Assembly: GCF_006345805.1 (NCBI RefSeq) | Contig: NW_021836126.1 | Location: 62,001 to 126,000, forward strand | Direction of reading: 5' to 3' | Length of the DNA: 64,000 bases | DNA from: Octopus sinensis | Lineage: Eukaryota | Part shown: positions 38,314-52,324 of the stretch, piece after piece | How positions within the stretch are numbered: the stretch's first letter is position 1 | Layout of the letters: each line of letters opens with the position of its first letter | The notes under the pieces: model-generated | What the model was told of the DNA's origin: nothing | What the model saw: only the letters and a program-made list of their open reading frames with translations | Databases searched by the model: none | Made by a program: the position numbers and the translations under genes

Positions 38314-39925
38314 CAGGGTTGTTAGATTTAAATCATTTGATTTTAATCAACAATAAAAATCAATGATTTAAATCATTAAAAAAAATCAAAAAAATCAAAA
38401 AAATCATTTAAATTTTTTTAAATGTCTGGAAGAAAGCGTGATTCTTTGTGGGCTTATTTTGATAAACGTATTATTCCTGGAAAGACCGGAAGTCGTGCCA
38501 GATGTCGTAATTGTGGGAAGGACATACAAGGTCTTGTATCTCGGATGAGGGCAGCATCATTTATTATGTCGAAGTAATATTGATATCCCTGAAAATATGC
38601 CGAGACCTGAAAGCGAATTTCCTCCAAGGATGAAGGACCATTCATTAATCAATTTCGTAACTACGACGACTTCATCTAAGAAAGATTTGATGGATCTGCA
38701 ACTCGCTAGATACATATTTTCTACAAACACTCCGTTTGCTGCTGTAGAACATCCCGAATTTGTCAAATTCGTCCAAATGCTTCTTCCTGGGTATCGTTTA
38801 CCCTCTCGTCATCAAATTGGTGGTACATTACTTGATCATGTGTACGACCAAATACATGAAGACTGTCGACAAAGACTCCAGGACAAAACAGTGTCTATGA
38901 TGTTGGACGGGTGGAGCAACATTCATAATGAACCCGTTATTTGTGTCTCGGTTGTGACATCAGATGGGGAAAATTATCTCATTGACACTGTGGACACTTC
39001 TGGATATAGCCACACTGCGGAATATCTTCAATCTGTTGCTTTAGCCTCCGCACAATTGGCTGAACAACGGTTTGGATGTAAAATCGGCAGTCTTGTAACG
39101 GATAATGCTGCCAACATGACTAAAATGAGACGGATAATGATGGAAGATGGCAATGAAATAATTACTTATGGTTGCTCGGCACATTATCTCAACCTTCTTG
39201 TGAAGGATGTCGAGGTAGCGGACGTTAAAGGAACTATTGTAACAATCAATAAATATTTCCGAAACGTCCATCTTCCAGCTGCATGGTACAAATCTAATGG
39301 AGGAAAAAAACTCGTTCTTCCGATTGATGTACGGTGGAACACTTTATCAGACTGTTTTCAATCTTATCTGGATAATTGGTCTATTATTTTGAGAACTTGT
39401 GAGGAACACAGAACGGATATTGATACAGAGATTTTTTCCAAGGTCCAAAATATTTCCCTAAAACGACGCGTTGAAGAATATCTGATGCTTATTAAACCAA
39501 TTGCTGTCGCTTTAGATAAAATTCAGAATGATTCTACCACGATTAGTCATGCTGTAGAAATTTGGAAAGAACTTGAACAGACATATATTGACAATGGATG
39601 TACGAATATTTTAGGAAAAGTGAGAATTCGAGCAAAACAAGCATTAACACCTTTCCACTTACTTGCGAATTTGATCGACCCGACATGTAGTGGGAAATCT
39701 CTTTCAAATGTTGAGATTGACATTGCATTGAGTTATTGTGCTCAATTTTCAGTGTTTATGTACAAAGAGAGAGGTTCTCTGATAAGCCAGGTGGAAAGGG
39801 TCGTTTTGAAATAAAGATCATTTAATTCAAAAAAATCTGATTTAAATCAAAAAAATCGTGATTAAATCAAAAAAATCAGATTTTTTTGATTTTTTTGAAA
39901 AAAATCATGATTTTTAACAACCCTG
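38314..39925 (+). mobile_element. hAT transposon (BED finger plus DUF659-type core), C-terminally deleted, copy A only
   Basis: TIR cagggttgtta / taacaaccctg; 8-bp TSD cttttgaa (38306-13, 39926-33). BED finger from ATG 38422 with a +1 frameshift; ORF 38597-39814 with LDGWSN, TDNAANM, CSAHYLNLL, DVRWNT. Confidence 0.93.
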
Positions 39926-40207
39926 CTTTTGAACTCGATGAATTTGAAAAGGTTCTCCGAAAGACTCATTTTTAATCTGTTTCATTCTCTAAATTTTAGC
40001 TACAATTTCTTTAGTCTTAAAACAACCAAAATCGCACAAATAATATAACTGTTAAAATTAATTGAGAAATTAGTTACGAACCCACAAAAACTCACAAACT
40101 GGCAATGGTATCTTGTTTCAGATTGAATAAAAAGAACAGATGCGTCAAGTCTTTATAAAAAGCAGTTCTAATGACTAATTTAAATCACTGGTAGTCCAAT
40201 CTGGTGA

Positions 40208-40672
40208 GTGGAATATGTGATGTACTACAACGACTGTGTGTCGGACGTAGTGAATGTGACTGAATTCGGCTTCTGCGACTTGAGGTGCAACATAACTCAG
40301 AAAATAGACTTTCGGGGGCAGCGTCGATTACCAGTGTGGTCATGTTGGGAGTGTCCGTGTACTGGAGTGCGACTATTTACGAGGCATTTACAGTAAACCA
40401 AATAACGGGTCCCAGAGATGCCTTGTGTCGGTTTGACGCTATAGTGGGAGGGACCTCCTTGTTGGTTTCCCTTGCATTCCTCTGCGCTCCTATCATACCG
40501 GCAAATCGACTTTGTCACAATGATCAGTATTGTGGAGAAAGTGGAGAAATCTGCTTTGTATTTAATGTTGGATTCGTTCCCCCCTGCTCTCGTATTTCCC
40601 ACAATATTGGGTCGACTGTTGTTTAGTGGGATGCATTCAGGCAGACTATTTTGGTTGGGTTATGAGTATTGA
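40208..40672 (+). CDS. Putative multi-pass membrane protein, unidentified, copy A only
   Basis: GC-richer coding-like stretch with several hydrophobic segments and candidate 23-nt GT-AG introns. Start and exon frames unresolved. Confidence 0.35.
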
Positions 40673-40854
40673 TATCCGAGGGTGGACTTGCCTTTCTTGT
40701 AGCAAGGACTCTCATAAAGACGTATTATCGTCGTTAAATGCGCCTCAGACGGGACATGAGATTTATTGTTAATTATACGGAAATTTAATTTTTTGAACAG
40801 ATTTGTTTATTTATATCAAGCCTAATAATATATCGTTTATGAGATAATCTATAC

Positions 40855-41470
40855 CAGAGGTTGTCAAACGGTGTGCCGCGAGACGATTTCTATACCATTT
40901 CCCATACTAAATGGGATTAATATCAAACTAAGTGGGATTAGCAAAAAAACTAAATGGGATTAACATCAAACTAAGTGGAATTAGCAAAAAACTAAATGGG
41001 AAATACACAAGTAAAAAATCTCATTCTGAATTTATTTTTCAAGTAAAATTGTTTATCATCCTCAAACTTGAAGGATTCATACGATTTTCTGAGTCTATAT
41101 TTTTGCCTTTTAGGAATTTGACAATATGGGATTAATAGCAATTTGCATGGAAGTCTTGGCAAATGATGCTATGGTTCCTAGCAAACTAAAAAGACATTTT
41201 ACTTCCAAGCATCCGCACTATTTCGCAAAATCTGTGGATTATTTTATCCATTTGAAAAAACAATTTGGAAAAAAGTGATATTGATGATATATGTAACAAC
41301 AATAATAATTAAGATTTGATTTTCAGTATTAATAAAAATTTGGGCATTAAATTACCAATTTTGTACTTAGTTTTACATATCTTAAAAATTTATTTTTTTT
41401 TATTTTTAATGTGTGCCGTGGATTATTTTTTTAAGATTAGTGTGCCGCGATAATTATTTTTAAAAAGCTT
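40855..41470 (+). mobile_element. Buster-type hAT deletion derivative with an internal ~43-bp tandem repeat
   Basis: End cagaggttgtcaaac with gtgtgccgcg subterminal motifs; EVLANDAMVPSKLKRHF..KHP remnant; repeat at 40907-41005. Confidence 0.6.
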
Positions 41471-43059
41471 TGATCTATACACTAAGAGGGAAAAGAGCGC
41501 TCCTTTTGTGGAGATCTATCTCAGAAATAAGAAAATGTTCACCTTTGTTTGGCCAATATTTGAAAGTTTAGATTAACTCAGAATAAAGTGAATAACAAGT
41601 GTTACAAAATTTGAATCGTAAATTTGATTTCTATTCTTATTAAAGATAAGCAAATTTTGTGGTTTGTTTTTTGTTTTTATGAACATTCTGGTCTTGACTA
41701 AGATTGTTCTCAATGAGTTTTTTGACAATTTTTAATTTAATTTACGACACAACTAAACAACTTGATTGTGTCTTTACACTTTCCTGGTTATTTTCCGTAT
41801 CCTCAGTTGTCTCAGAGTTGTCTAAGATATTAAATGTAGGCGAATTAAAATATATGATACAATTCCTCAAATTAAATGGTTTACTAGTGCATTGTAAAGA
41901 AGAACTTTCTTTTTCACGTCAAGTTTTCATTGGTTAGAATTATTATATTTGGAATTCCTATCTATACTTTTTCATCAATTTTGACCGAATTAAAAATTCT
42001 CGAATAAACTTCAAACCTGTAGCGTATTCTATTCAACTCTGATTTTAAAGCACATTTTCGAGGATATCTCATTAATCGTAAGCCCCACGAACGCCGATAC
42101 TTTACAGTCACCACTTTCTTTGCAGAGAATTACAGCGAAAAAATTAAAAAATTTTTTTTCGATAATGTCTGCACACGTGTCGTCCGAAACTAGCAACTTC
42201 AAACTCAAGACGGGAAAACTAATAATTCCACCACTGCGTTTCCTAGCGTACCTAAGAAGTTTAACTACATTTCTGAAAATTGAAATTACAACGATTTCTA
42301 AAGATTTATTGTTCCCCTAAACTTATGTATTTTAAGAAAGCAAAATTCCATTATCCGAGAAATGGAATAAGTTTCCGAAAAAGCCGTATGAGAGCAAAAC
42401 TTAAATTATTGACAATAAAAGTCTGGACTATACGGACGTCAAAGAGACAGCTAAAAATGGTCCAAATAGATCTTCCTGCAGAATTATTAATTGGCACGTA
42501 TATTCGAGACGGTGCTTTGAAGTCTTGATTTACAAATTTGATTGTGCATAGCTTTTATAATTATAATAGATTCAAATTAAATGAAAAATTGATTTGAATT
42601 TAAATTGGAGACCAAAATAGAAATCAATTTCTATCAAAGACAATATGAGGCACATTTACAATTCGATTAATATAAAAGTCCAAAAATAATTAAAAAATAA
42701 TTTGCTGTCCATTAAACTGTAAAAGATAATACAACTTAATCATATAGTCAGGAAATGCTGTCATTCCTTCTGCTAGTTCTCTGCCTTCTGTTAGAAAACC
42801 AATTGCGTATTGTGTCTTCTGTCTTGTCAAGATGAGTGGCCGTCATTTGAATGATATGTCTGTCAGGCCTTCTTGTAGTTTGAAAAATTAGTTCCAAATA
42901 TGCTATATCATTCTCCATGAATGTTGTACGCCTTTTCCGATTCCTAAAACGCCTTGGATAGTGTTTGTCAGGTAGACGGGAAAAGTCTTCACTGCGGACG
43001 GGATTGGCCGAATTGAGTATTTGTCGGTCAAGGTTCTTATGTCATAATATTTTTGTAAA

Positions 43060-43330
43060 AATTCAATTCAAATAGAATATATCAATTTTCGTAAAATGAT
43101 CTCTTCAACCAAAACCAGGTCTTCTTTAGTCTGCAAAAATGCGACTATTGCATTTTAAAAATTAACAAATTTTAACACAGATTAACATTTCCTTTTGAAA
43201 TCCATCTTACTTTCGTGTGTAATAAAAGTCGAATAAAATCTTCATCAATATCCTTACAAAACTTTCTAAAAAGACGATCACATTTTCTTTGTGTTTCTAT
43301 TTTGTTAATTGTTTTGATTACAATGTTTAA
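43060..43330 (-). mobile_element. Buster-type hAT transposase fragment
   Basis: DRLFRKFCKDIDEDFIRLLLHTKVRWISKGN. Confidence 0.7.
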
Positions 43331-43490
43331 AGATTGATGTACATCATAACATAAAATCTTCGATACCAGTGGATGGTTCTTTTAAGATGGAGTCTAAAAG
43401 GCACAGAAAACTAACATCTTTTTCGCTACTCTCGTTTAATGTCTGAGGAATCGCTAAATCTTGGAAAAGAACAGCATTGTGCAAAGATCT

Positions 43491-45400
43491 GAAAAGAAAC
43501 AAAGTCTCTGTTGGATGTTTACAGGAGACAAAACTGCATGGAGGATTAGAAGAGGAACTGTCGGGCTATCACTTCATCTAATTCCGAAGTGAATGCAGAC
43601 ACTTTGGCCGAGGATTTGTAATAAAGAAGGAATTGAAACCAATGGTTCATCTCTTTTGGAGCATAAATGATCGGATTTGTGTACCTCAGATCAGCATGAA
43701 TAAGCTTTTCCTATCTAAAAGCTTACTATCCATTATAATCGTATACGCACTCCACAGTGGATGGATTGAAAAAGACCTCACTGAGATAGAATTGTTCCAC
43801 TCTTGCCTGTCTGAAGCTTATTCTGAACTTGTTCACTCGTCAATAACTATCATTGCTGGCGACCTTAACGCCAAAGTGGGATTACAAAGAAACCTTCATG
43901 GAAAAACACGGGAGGGGAATAAGGAACGTGGCAGGAACATTACTTGCCGATAACTATAGGAAATGCCTTGATACGTATTTGGAAAGTGTGGAAACAAACC
44001 AACCATTTCCCAAACTCTGGGGACAAATCCAGGAATCAATACAAGGAGCAGCGGAGAAACAGCTCATGGACACAGAAATGCTTACCACATCACCAAATGG
44101 AACAACTGAGATATTCTCCTTGTGAAGAAACAAAATATCTATTTGACTACAATATTCAAATACGGAGGACAAGCATATCAAAGAAAAAAGTGGTCGGGAA
44201 AGATCGAATATTAAGAAGAAGATCAAGAAGTGGTGTCCTATATGTCAAGGAAGGAGGCTGAGATACAGATCAAGGCCATGGAAGTCTTGAAATGTATTAT
44301 GAGGCGATCAGATTATTACGAGGACGTAAACACAGACAACCACTAATCATAAATGACAGACGAATTGCAGATTCCGCAGAATTAGCAGAACTAATCGCCG
44401 GCCACTTCGATAAACTGTTGTTCCACCATTCAAATGTTCAAAAATGCGACATACATTCTTGGCTTTGATATGTCAAGAGCTTTTGACTCGATTAATTGTC
44501 AGAAATTAATGGAAGTCCTCGCAGGATTCCTTGATGAATCTTCTATCCGGATGATCAGAGCACTCTTATCAGAAACCTATCTGTCGGTCAGGGTACGAGA
44601 CAAGTGCTCTAAACCATTTGAAACAACATCTGAAACACCTCAAGGGGATCCGTTATACTGTTTGTCATATATCTGGAAGCTGCATTGAGAGAATTAAAAC
44701 CATACTATAAAGGAAAGATCAATGTGGTGGCATACGCGGATGACGTGGATTTTATTCCTTCCGACAGGGACGCTCTGGAAAGTCTACTGGAAATGATGCC
44801 AAACAGACGAACAAGACGTGATTATGCGAAAAACACATGCAAACAGTGCACTACACAGCTTAAAGGAAAATTGGCTAAAACGCAAAAGACTCAGCATAAA
44901 ACACGGATACGACTATACAATTCACTAGTGAAGCATATACTCCTATATAACGCCGGAACTTGGGAACCTTCCGCTACAGACAATGACAACCTAGACTCTT
45001 TCCATAGAGATCACCTCCGACGTACTCTAGCCTCCAAGTGGCATTCAAGGCTGAGTAGCAGAACAGTTTCATCAAGCAAACAAATCTCGCTCGAAATTAC
45101 TGAATCCAGATGGAGGCTGTTTGGACACATTCTAAGGATGGATTTGGATGCACCGGCAAACACCGCTATGGAGGACTATTTCGAAGCTGGGGGGCATCGT
45201 TTCCGTAAACGACCAAGAAATACTCTCTCGAGTACGCTGGATAGAGACCTAAAGAGGGCTGGTAGAGAATTGAAGAACGGGGACGATCTCGATGCACTAC
45301 GGGACGTCGCCCAAGATCGCGGGAAATGGAATAAACTAATTACTCGTATTGTTTCCTGTACTGCACAAGCTTTGTCATGATCCATAGCATCGCGAAAGTG
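43491..45400 (+). mobile_element. Degenerate RTE-clade LINE (copy B)
   Basis: Paralog of 24074-25960. Retains FDMSRAFDSI, which is deleted in A. Confidence 0.85.
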
Positions 45401-45512
45401 CCTATAATAATTATTATCGCCCCGGGTTAAAAACACCTGCTCTATGCCATATCTGAAACCGTAGACCCATCACTATGGATCACCGAAGCTTGTTAGCGCC
45501 TATTCTGCACAT

Positions 45513-45770
45513 ACTAAAACACGAATCAGATGCTTGTGCTAACTGGGAAATGGAATCATGTTACAAAGACGACGATTGATGTTCTGAAAACGTCCACAAA
45601 CAACAATATCTATTTTATCTCAATAGATTTTCAACGCATTAAAAGACAGCTGAAAAATGGAGACGATTTTGATACTCTTAGGAGTATATCACGCACCTGC
45701 GCATCCTGGAATAATATGATCAAGACAGCAGTCTCTTGTGTGGGATACTTGGGCAAATAATAATACAGTA
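45513..45770 (+). mobile_element. B-only insert resembling a related LINE 3' end
   Basis: Absent at A ~26070. Translates KRQLKNGDDFDTLR, similar to the neighbouring LINE tail RELKNGDDLDALR. Confidence 0.6.
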
Positions 45771-46628
45771 ATCCGCCTCAAAAATATATTTGAAATGGAA
45801 AAATTCTGATATCCGTCATTTTTTAATTCTAATATCCGCCACAAATAATCAAAGGTTATTTAATCAACTCTAGAAATTTTGACGTTAATGGTGTTATTTG
45901 ATTAAATGAATAAGTAAGACTCATTTTTGGCAAATATGAGAGACTTTACTGTATAGCGTTTTCCCAGCTTTAAAGTAGAAAGCATAAACAGTAGTGTTAA
46001 CCCTTCAAACATTATTATTTCCGACGAAATTTTATGGAAAATGATTCCATATTTATTCATCTCTGCAAAAACAAATGTTTCTGCTATTTACTGGAGGCAC
46101 TGTCTAATAAGGCGAGTTTTCAAAATTGGCTCTTCCATTTTTCACACGCGCACAAACTGGAAATATTTTTTGCTTAGTTCAATAGTAGTGTCAATATTTT
46201 GCCTCGTCAGTATTTTCACAATTTGTTTTACTGTGTGGTGAAAGTCTTAGACACCTGTTAATAGTACTATCTGATATTCAGAAAACATCATGTTTTTTAA
46301 CTTTGATTTGTCAGTAATAGACTAAACTAAGAATTTATTGCTTGTATAAATCATTCAATTTGGAAGAATAATCATTTTCTCAATTGACAAAGTATTCGGC
46401 TTATGGAGATTGAGGCATATTTAATAGTCATTTATTTCTTTTTAGATTTTCTACTAATAGAGCGTTCAACAATCAGTTTTTTGACTGCAAGAAATATATT
46501 TCTTTTTCGTCGATTAATAGCTCTTACTCTAACACACAATTTCCCACATAACATCAATGCCTGCTTATATTTAGAGCTTTGACAGTAATATTTCTCAACA
46601 ACAACCCAGAAATAAACAAGAAAAAGAA

Positions 46629-47341
46629 TTATCGATTATTTTTACCAGCCCGTTCAATTTCATCCCTACGTTTGACAGCATATGAATTGGTAGTGTTCTA
46701 GGGGATGGTGAGAAGAGTGACCTTGTAGGCATTGATGACCTCATCGGCGTAGCACTCCACGATTGTCTTCTGACTTCGGAAGGCTGCCTTCCTGGCACCC
46801 ACAGCAATGTTATAAATGGCCTGATTCACTCGGCGGAGAGGGGACACGTCCACCGACTGTCTCCTCACACTCCCCTTCCTCCCGATCCTCGTCGAGTCCT
46901 CTCTCGGCCCGCAGTTCTCGATTGCCACAACCAGCACTTTCACCGGGTTCTATCCTTTAAACACATTTCTGACTTGGTTGAGGAGGAGGTTGATTATCTC
47001 CAAGGCATGTTCCACGATTTTCATGGCTTTGAGCTTCTTTCCGTTATTCCTTCCGTGTCTCATCAGAGAACAAACACACCGTTCCACGATGAAGAAACTC
47101 GCCTTCCGGAATTTCTTGACTTGGTATCTGCCTGCACTGTGGGGGACGAAGGTCTCCAATAATTTGATGTATGGCTGGGTTTACACTCCACAATCAACCA
47201 TCAAATGAATCTCCACTTTTACTTCATTCACGTCCCATTTACCAAACAACTTTACACGTGTGTCCTTGGGGGACTCGACCAACATTTCTGTTTGAGTATT
47301 CTCAATGTCTCCCTATTTGTGTTACTTAAATGCACCACCAT
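46629..47341 (-). CDS. RPS5: 40S ribosomal protein S5 (uS7), copy B
   Basis: Same structure as copy A with three amino-acid changes. Confidence 0.95.
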
Positions 47342-48017
47342 AACTCAGATACTATCACGTGAATATTTATTAATTGTTTTAAATGTATTTATTAAAACTT
47401 GTCATAAATAATTAAATAATACACGACTTCTTTGTCGTTTAATTTTTTTGAGATTGCGATTCGAAATTGGTGGTTGGTTTTCCTCGTTTCGAAATGATCT
47501 GCCATTAGTTCGTCTTATAGATTGATGACTTTTAGAACTTCTGCTTTTACCGACGGAGTTTAAAATCTTGCATTGTTATTGCGGGACTCAATTTTTCAGA
47601 CGAAGTTTTGATGGCTGTTCTTTTCTTTCGCAGTTTGAACTTTAGTCAATAACTTTTTGGATTTCCAATTTTTGTTTTCCTAAGATAATCCATTGCATCT
47701 AGTTTTTATTTAATATGGAGAATTATGGAAATAGAGTCGTAACTAACTTGGAGACAGAGGATCAAAAAATGGTGTTGGTTACTTCCTACTCTAAAAGGAG
47801 TAGATTTACCTCTAGCGGACAAGGTCGGATTAACATCAATTAAATAATACTAACTTTACTATTTTACTTTTTCTTTTCTGATAAAATAATGAGTTTAATG
47901 TTAATCCTTTAATTTTCTAATATTAAAGTTTTCCTGATTGTTATTACTTGTATAATCAACATCCAAAAACAAAATTTGATGGTAGGTAGATAAATAACTA
48001 AGAAGATAGTTGAGAAC

Positions 48018-48120
48018 CTAACGGTCACTCAACGGTGACACCCATCAGATCTAAGCGGTCGGACTCGTTTGGCAAGATAACAGTCCTCGGATGGGTGACC
48101 CTTTCTCCGATGTGTCTAAG
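48018..48120 (+). other. Degenerate 5S rRNA-derived sequence, copy B
   Basis: Near-identical to 28318-28420. Confidence 0.55.
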
Positions 48121-49390
48121 TAATTACACAAATAAAGTTAATAGCAATTTGGAATCATCTTGTGCAAGTTTGCCTTTAATTCTGATTAATGGATGTAACA
48201 CTGATTAGAGATAAGAAATGTAACAAAGAAATATCCGAATAAATAATTAGGTTAGTTAATTAGTGGAATTTGAATATTTGATTAAACTCCATCATTTCCG
48301 CATATCATATTTATTGAGGAATAAGAACAGGAGTTGCAATCTATTGTGAGTAAACTAACCCACCATTTGCTGCTCAAATATTACTGTTGCCTCGTGAAAT
48401 TCACTTGCTTCTATTTGCAATCTTTTTTCTGTAAATATGTTGGGAAGCATTGGGTTAGCTTAGGAAAATATTTTTGATAACAGTGTTTGACTTCCTCGAG
48501 GCGGATCTTTTGTATTCATGCACAAAAAGATCTCTAGTGAGTATCTCGGCTGATGCTTGCCGATCTAGTCCTTATAGCGATCAAGAAAACCTAGAATTGG
48601 TAATTGTCTTTGGTCACCCATTTGAATTCCAGATGGAAAGTATACTGTATTTGGGTTCGACTTCAGGCATCTCTTATGTTTTTCGAAGCACAACTGACCG
48701 GATAATATGCCTTTTGTATTTTAAGGAAATCTGGGTGGTTTTTCGTAGTACTTTGAGACAATTTCGTCCCATTTAGGCAGAAAAGGATTATTTTCATTAA
48801 CCGCAGATTTCTAACTGATATGTTCTGTTTATTATATTCCCGTTTACTATATGGCAAATCAAAAAACAATTTAAATGAAAAATATAGGCTTTATTGGTAT
48901 CAATAACCAACCTGCACTTGTTTAGTACTGTTATATATTTATTTTATTTATTCAACAAACTGTTACATAATAGTATTTCTGTCGGAAGTCTGACTTAAAC
49001 AACGCCCAGGGCATTGTCAATACCGCACTACTTCTTTGCTCGGTCCTGAAAAGGACTTTTAGTCGAAATTCAATAAACTATAATGATTAATAATGATTCG
49101 AAAATGGGTGGATACAATGTGGTCACTTTTGGCAGTTCTTTTGTTCTGTTGAAGGTTACCCTTTGTTGGCTATAGACATTGGCGGAACCAAATTTGAGTT
49201 AAAACCTAATGACTACATTTTTCCTATTGACTGAAAATAGTGTTTATTAAATTGATTTACTAGATTTAATAGATTTAGTGTTTATTAAATAGACCCACGG
49301 TAAAAGTGCATAGATTTTTAATAAAATTATGAAAATTATTTAAAATGAAGAAGCCGAATGGTTAGTGGATTAACGAATCGAAAGATCAAA

Positions 49391-50310
49391 TTAAAGCAAG
49401 TTATTTTCGCAATCAATGAGCAAGCACAGGTCTTTCTCATTTTTTAGTTTATCTCGAGAGAAAGTAGAAAAATAATCATATGTTTTAAAATTAGCTAAAT
49501 CGTACTAACGATATTTTTTAAAAATAAATATACTTTATAATTTTTAAGTTTCAATAATGCATTCGGATTGGTATTTTCAAGCATAAATATAGCATAATGT
49601 GAAAAGTCGGTTGTAAACACTAATTTATAACAACTAGTCGGGATCCAGACATTAGAATTAATTTTCTAAAATATGATTAAATAATATTCAATCACCGGTA
49701 TTAAATTTTGTTTATCAAAATAAGAACCAGTAATCACATACAGTTCTTTTTTAGTAGCTAGTACATAATCCCTAATAATTTTTTCTAATGCTTTCCATTG
49801 TTTTCTATTAAATCTTGGCACCTGGGGCATCATATTTGAATAATAGAAGGTATCACACATTGCTTGCTAATCAAAAATCAGGCATTTTAATTAACTTGAT
49901 TAAATTTAAAATCAGCAGCAGGGACTGCATGCCCTCTGTCATATCCTGAATGACCATAATCTACATTTTTTGATTGAAACTGAATTGGAACGTTTTCATC
50001 CACTTTAAAATTGAATTTTGATTGTTTAGCAGGACCTCAAAATGATTTAATTATATTAAACCTAAAGCATGTTGTGGTTTTAATTTATAAACCGTCCAAA
50101 TCAGCACTTTTGCCATTGGGTATATTCGAAAATATTTTGCCATCTGGAAATTTCCAATAGAAATAAACGTTATATGATTTGCAGCATCTCCATTGAAATC
50201 ACAGTCTCTTAAAAACCTAATTTAAAATAAGCATTGCTTCAAAACTCTTCTTCCAAGTTACAGTCTCTTTGTATCACTAAGTCAGCAAAAAGTAGGACAA
50301 GTGAAAACAT
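49391..50310 (-). CDS. DNA/RNA non-specific endonuclease (EndoG/NucA beta-beta-alpha-metal family), intact, copy B only
   Basis: Six exons in one frame: MFSLVLLFADLVIQ..DYGHSGYDRGHAVPAAD..|QAMCDTFYYSNMMPQVPRFNRKQWKALE..YVITG..WIPTSCYK. Introns of 29, 26, 29, 30 and 29 nt. Confidence 0.9.
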
Positions 50311-50425
50311 TATAATAAGGTCATATTTTTTTGTTTTCCTACCAACTTTACTTAAATTAACAAAATAGATAATTTCTTAAAGTAAATTATTCATATAAAT
50401 AAAATTTAAAAGCGTTTGTTGTGAT

Positions 50426-51153
50426 ATGGAGGACATTGATTTGCGTTTGGAAATACTGTCAAAATCGGAACTCTACGACGGTATATATGCATAAATAGCA
50501 GAAATGTACGACACGGTGATAGAAATGTTGGGGAGAGACATAACCCCCACAGCAAAACAGCGAAATTACATATCGACGGCCTTCAAACACAAAATATCAG
50601 GTCCTCGGCAGTCGTGCAAGTCTTTGGGGTATTTGAAAGTGGAGGGGAAGGAGAAATACCGGCAGAGTGTATTGATAAACATGGAGGAGTAGTTGGTGGA
50701 GGAAATGAGGGACATTAGCTCGTGTGAGTTGAGTGTGATGAAGGATCTGATGAGCAAGTCGACGGACGAGCACTCCCTCGTGTTCTATTTGAAGCAGTTG
50801 GTGTGTTTGTGGATGGCAGAGTGGGGGACTGTTGTCGGTACATGGCCGAGGTGTTGGAGGAGGACGAGCGGGAGACGTACGTGAGGGAGTCCCAACAGGC
50901 CTACGAACGGGCTTTGCACGTGTCCAAGGACTTTGCTGCCACCGACACGGCTAGGCTGGGACTGGCCTTGAACGCGTCCGTGTTCTATTTTGAGATTGTG
51001 GGGGATAGGGAGAAGGCGTGTGAGTTGGCCAAGGTCACTTTCGACCAGGCCATTTGCTCGTTGGACTCCACCAACGGCATTATTGACCCAGACGTGGCAC
51101 TCATTGTACAACTCATTCGAGACAACCACAAACACTGGAATTCACGTCCCTGA
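50426..51153 (+). CDS. Divergent 14-3-3 protein, paralog 1, copy B
   Basis: Near-identical to 29189-29916. Confidence 0.9.
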
Positions 51154-52324
51154 CTTTTTCCTTTATTTTAATATTTCTACTGTGGCTAACCTAATAGTTG
51201 TATTTGTAAAATAGGTATTATATAAATTGTTTCCTAAGTATAATTATTAAATAAAATCTCCAACTGATTGAACTTTTTTTTGACTGTAATGTATCAGCTT
51301 GTTCAGATTTTTCTAAAAATTCCATTAGCTCTTCATTTTCAGTATATTCGTAATCAACAAATTCACTATAAGATATTGGATCGTCAATTTGATATTTCTT
51401 AATTATTTCTTCATAATTATTTTCGTAGTTCTTAGATTCACTGTTGATTGTGATTGTTTCACATTTTATCCATTGTGCATGACGGAAACAATTTTTAATG
51501 GCCGTAGGAGTAACTTTATTCCAAGCGAAGAATGTTAATGTCGCAGCAGTTTCAAGGGTGATTGCATTAATTGAATTCTGATAATTTTCCCCTGCCCCAA
51601 CCTTTTCGATTATATCATTTAAAGTATTTTATAATTCCTTGATCCATTGGTTGCAAGACAGGAAGTTCTAGGAGGCAAAACAAGAATTTCGATTGAGTTT
51701 AACGTGACAATAATTTGATGAGATGGGCATTGATCTATTGCAAGTAGAATTTTTCTTTTTTTCTTCACAAGTTCACAATCAAAATCATTAAGCCACTTGT
51801 TAAGAATTTCACGGTTCATCCATGCCTTAGTGGAATGGGTGTAGGTAACATATTTTCTAATGTTGAAATTTTTAAAACACCTTGGACTTTTAAATCTTCC
51901 TATCAATACAGGCCTTCTCTTATCGGAACCAGAACAAATTGCGCATAATAGTAAAGAAAATCGATCGACAACCTTATTCCAGACTTTAATTTAGTGCACA
52001 CACTTTTAGAAGGAATCGCCTTGTAAAAACACCAGTTTCATATGCATTATAAACATTGTCCAATCCATATTGTTCAATTTTTAAACTGATTGTTTCATTA
52101 AAATCAGCAATAGATTTTTCATCATGATTTACTGATCCACTGTCTCCGTGAAATTTTTGATATTTCAAGCAGCCGATTCGAGAGGTTTCACTGTATTTGT
52201 AAAATAGATTAAATTATGTAATATTTTTACTGTGGGCAACCTAATTGTATTTTCTAACAAATAAATATTTTTACTGTGGGCAACCAAATAATTGAATTGG
52301 TAATAAAATAGATTGTTAGTGGGA

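Larger units (their letters stand above)
24074..43490 (+). repeat. Segmental duplication, copy A
   Basis: Colinear with 43491-64000, from gaaaaga.acaaagtctctgttgg through gtcttgtcaagatgagtggc (42840 corresponds to 64000). Confidence 0.95.

Noticed and set aside
42280-42528. 82-aa ORF conserved in both copies (also 63440-63688)
   Set aside because: TTG start and no motif; conservation is explained by the recent duplication.
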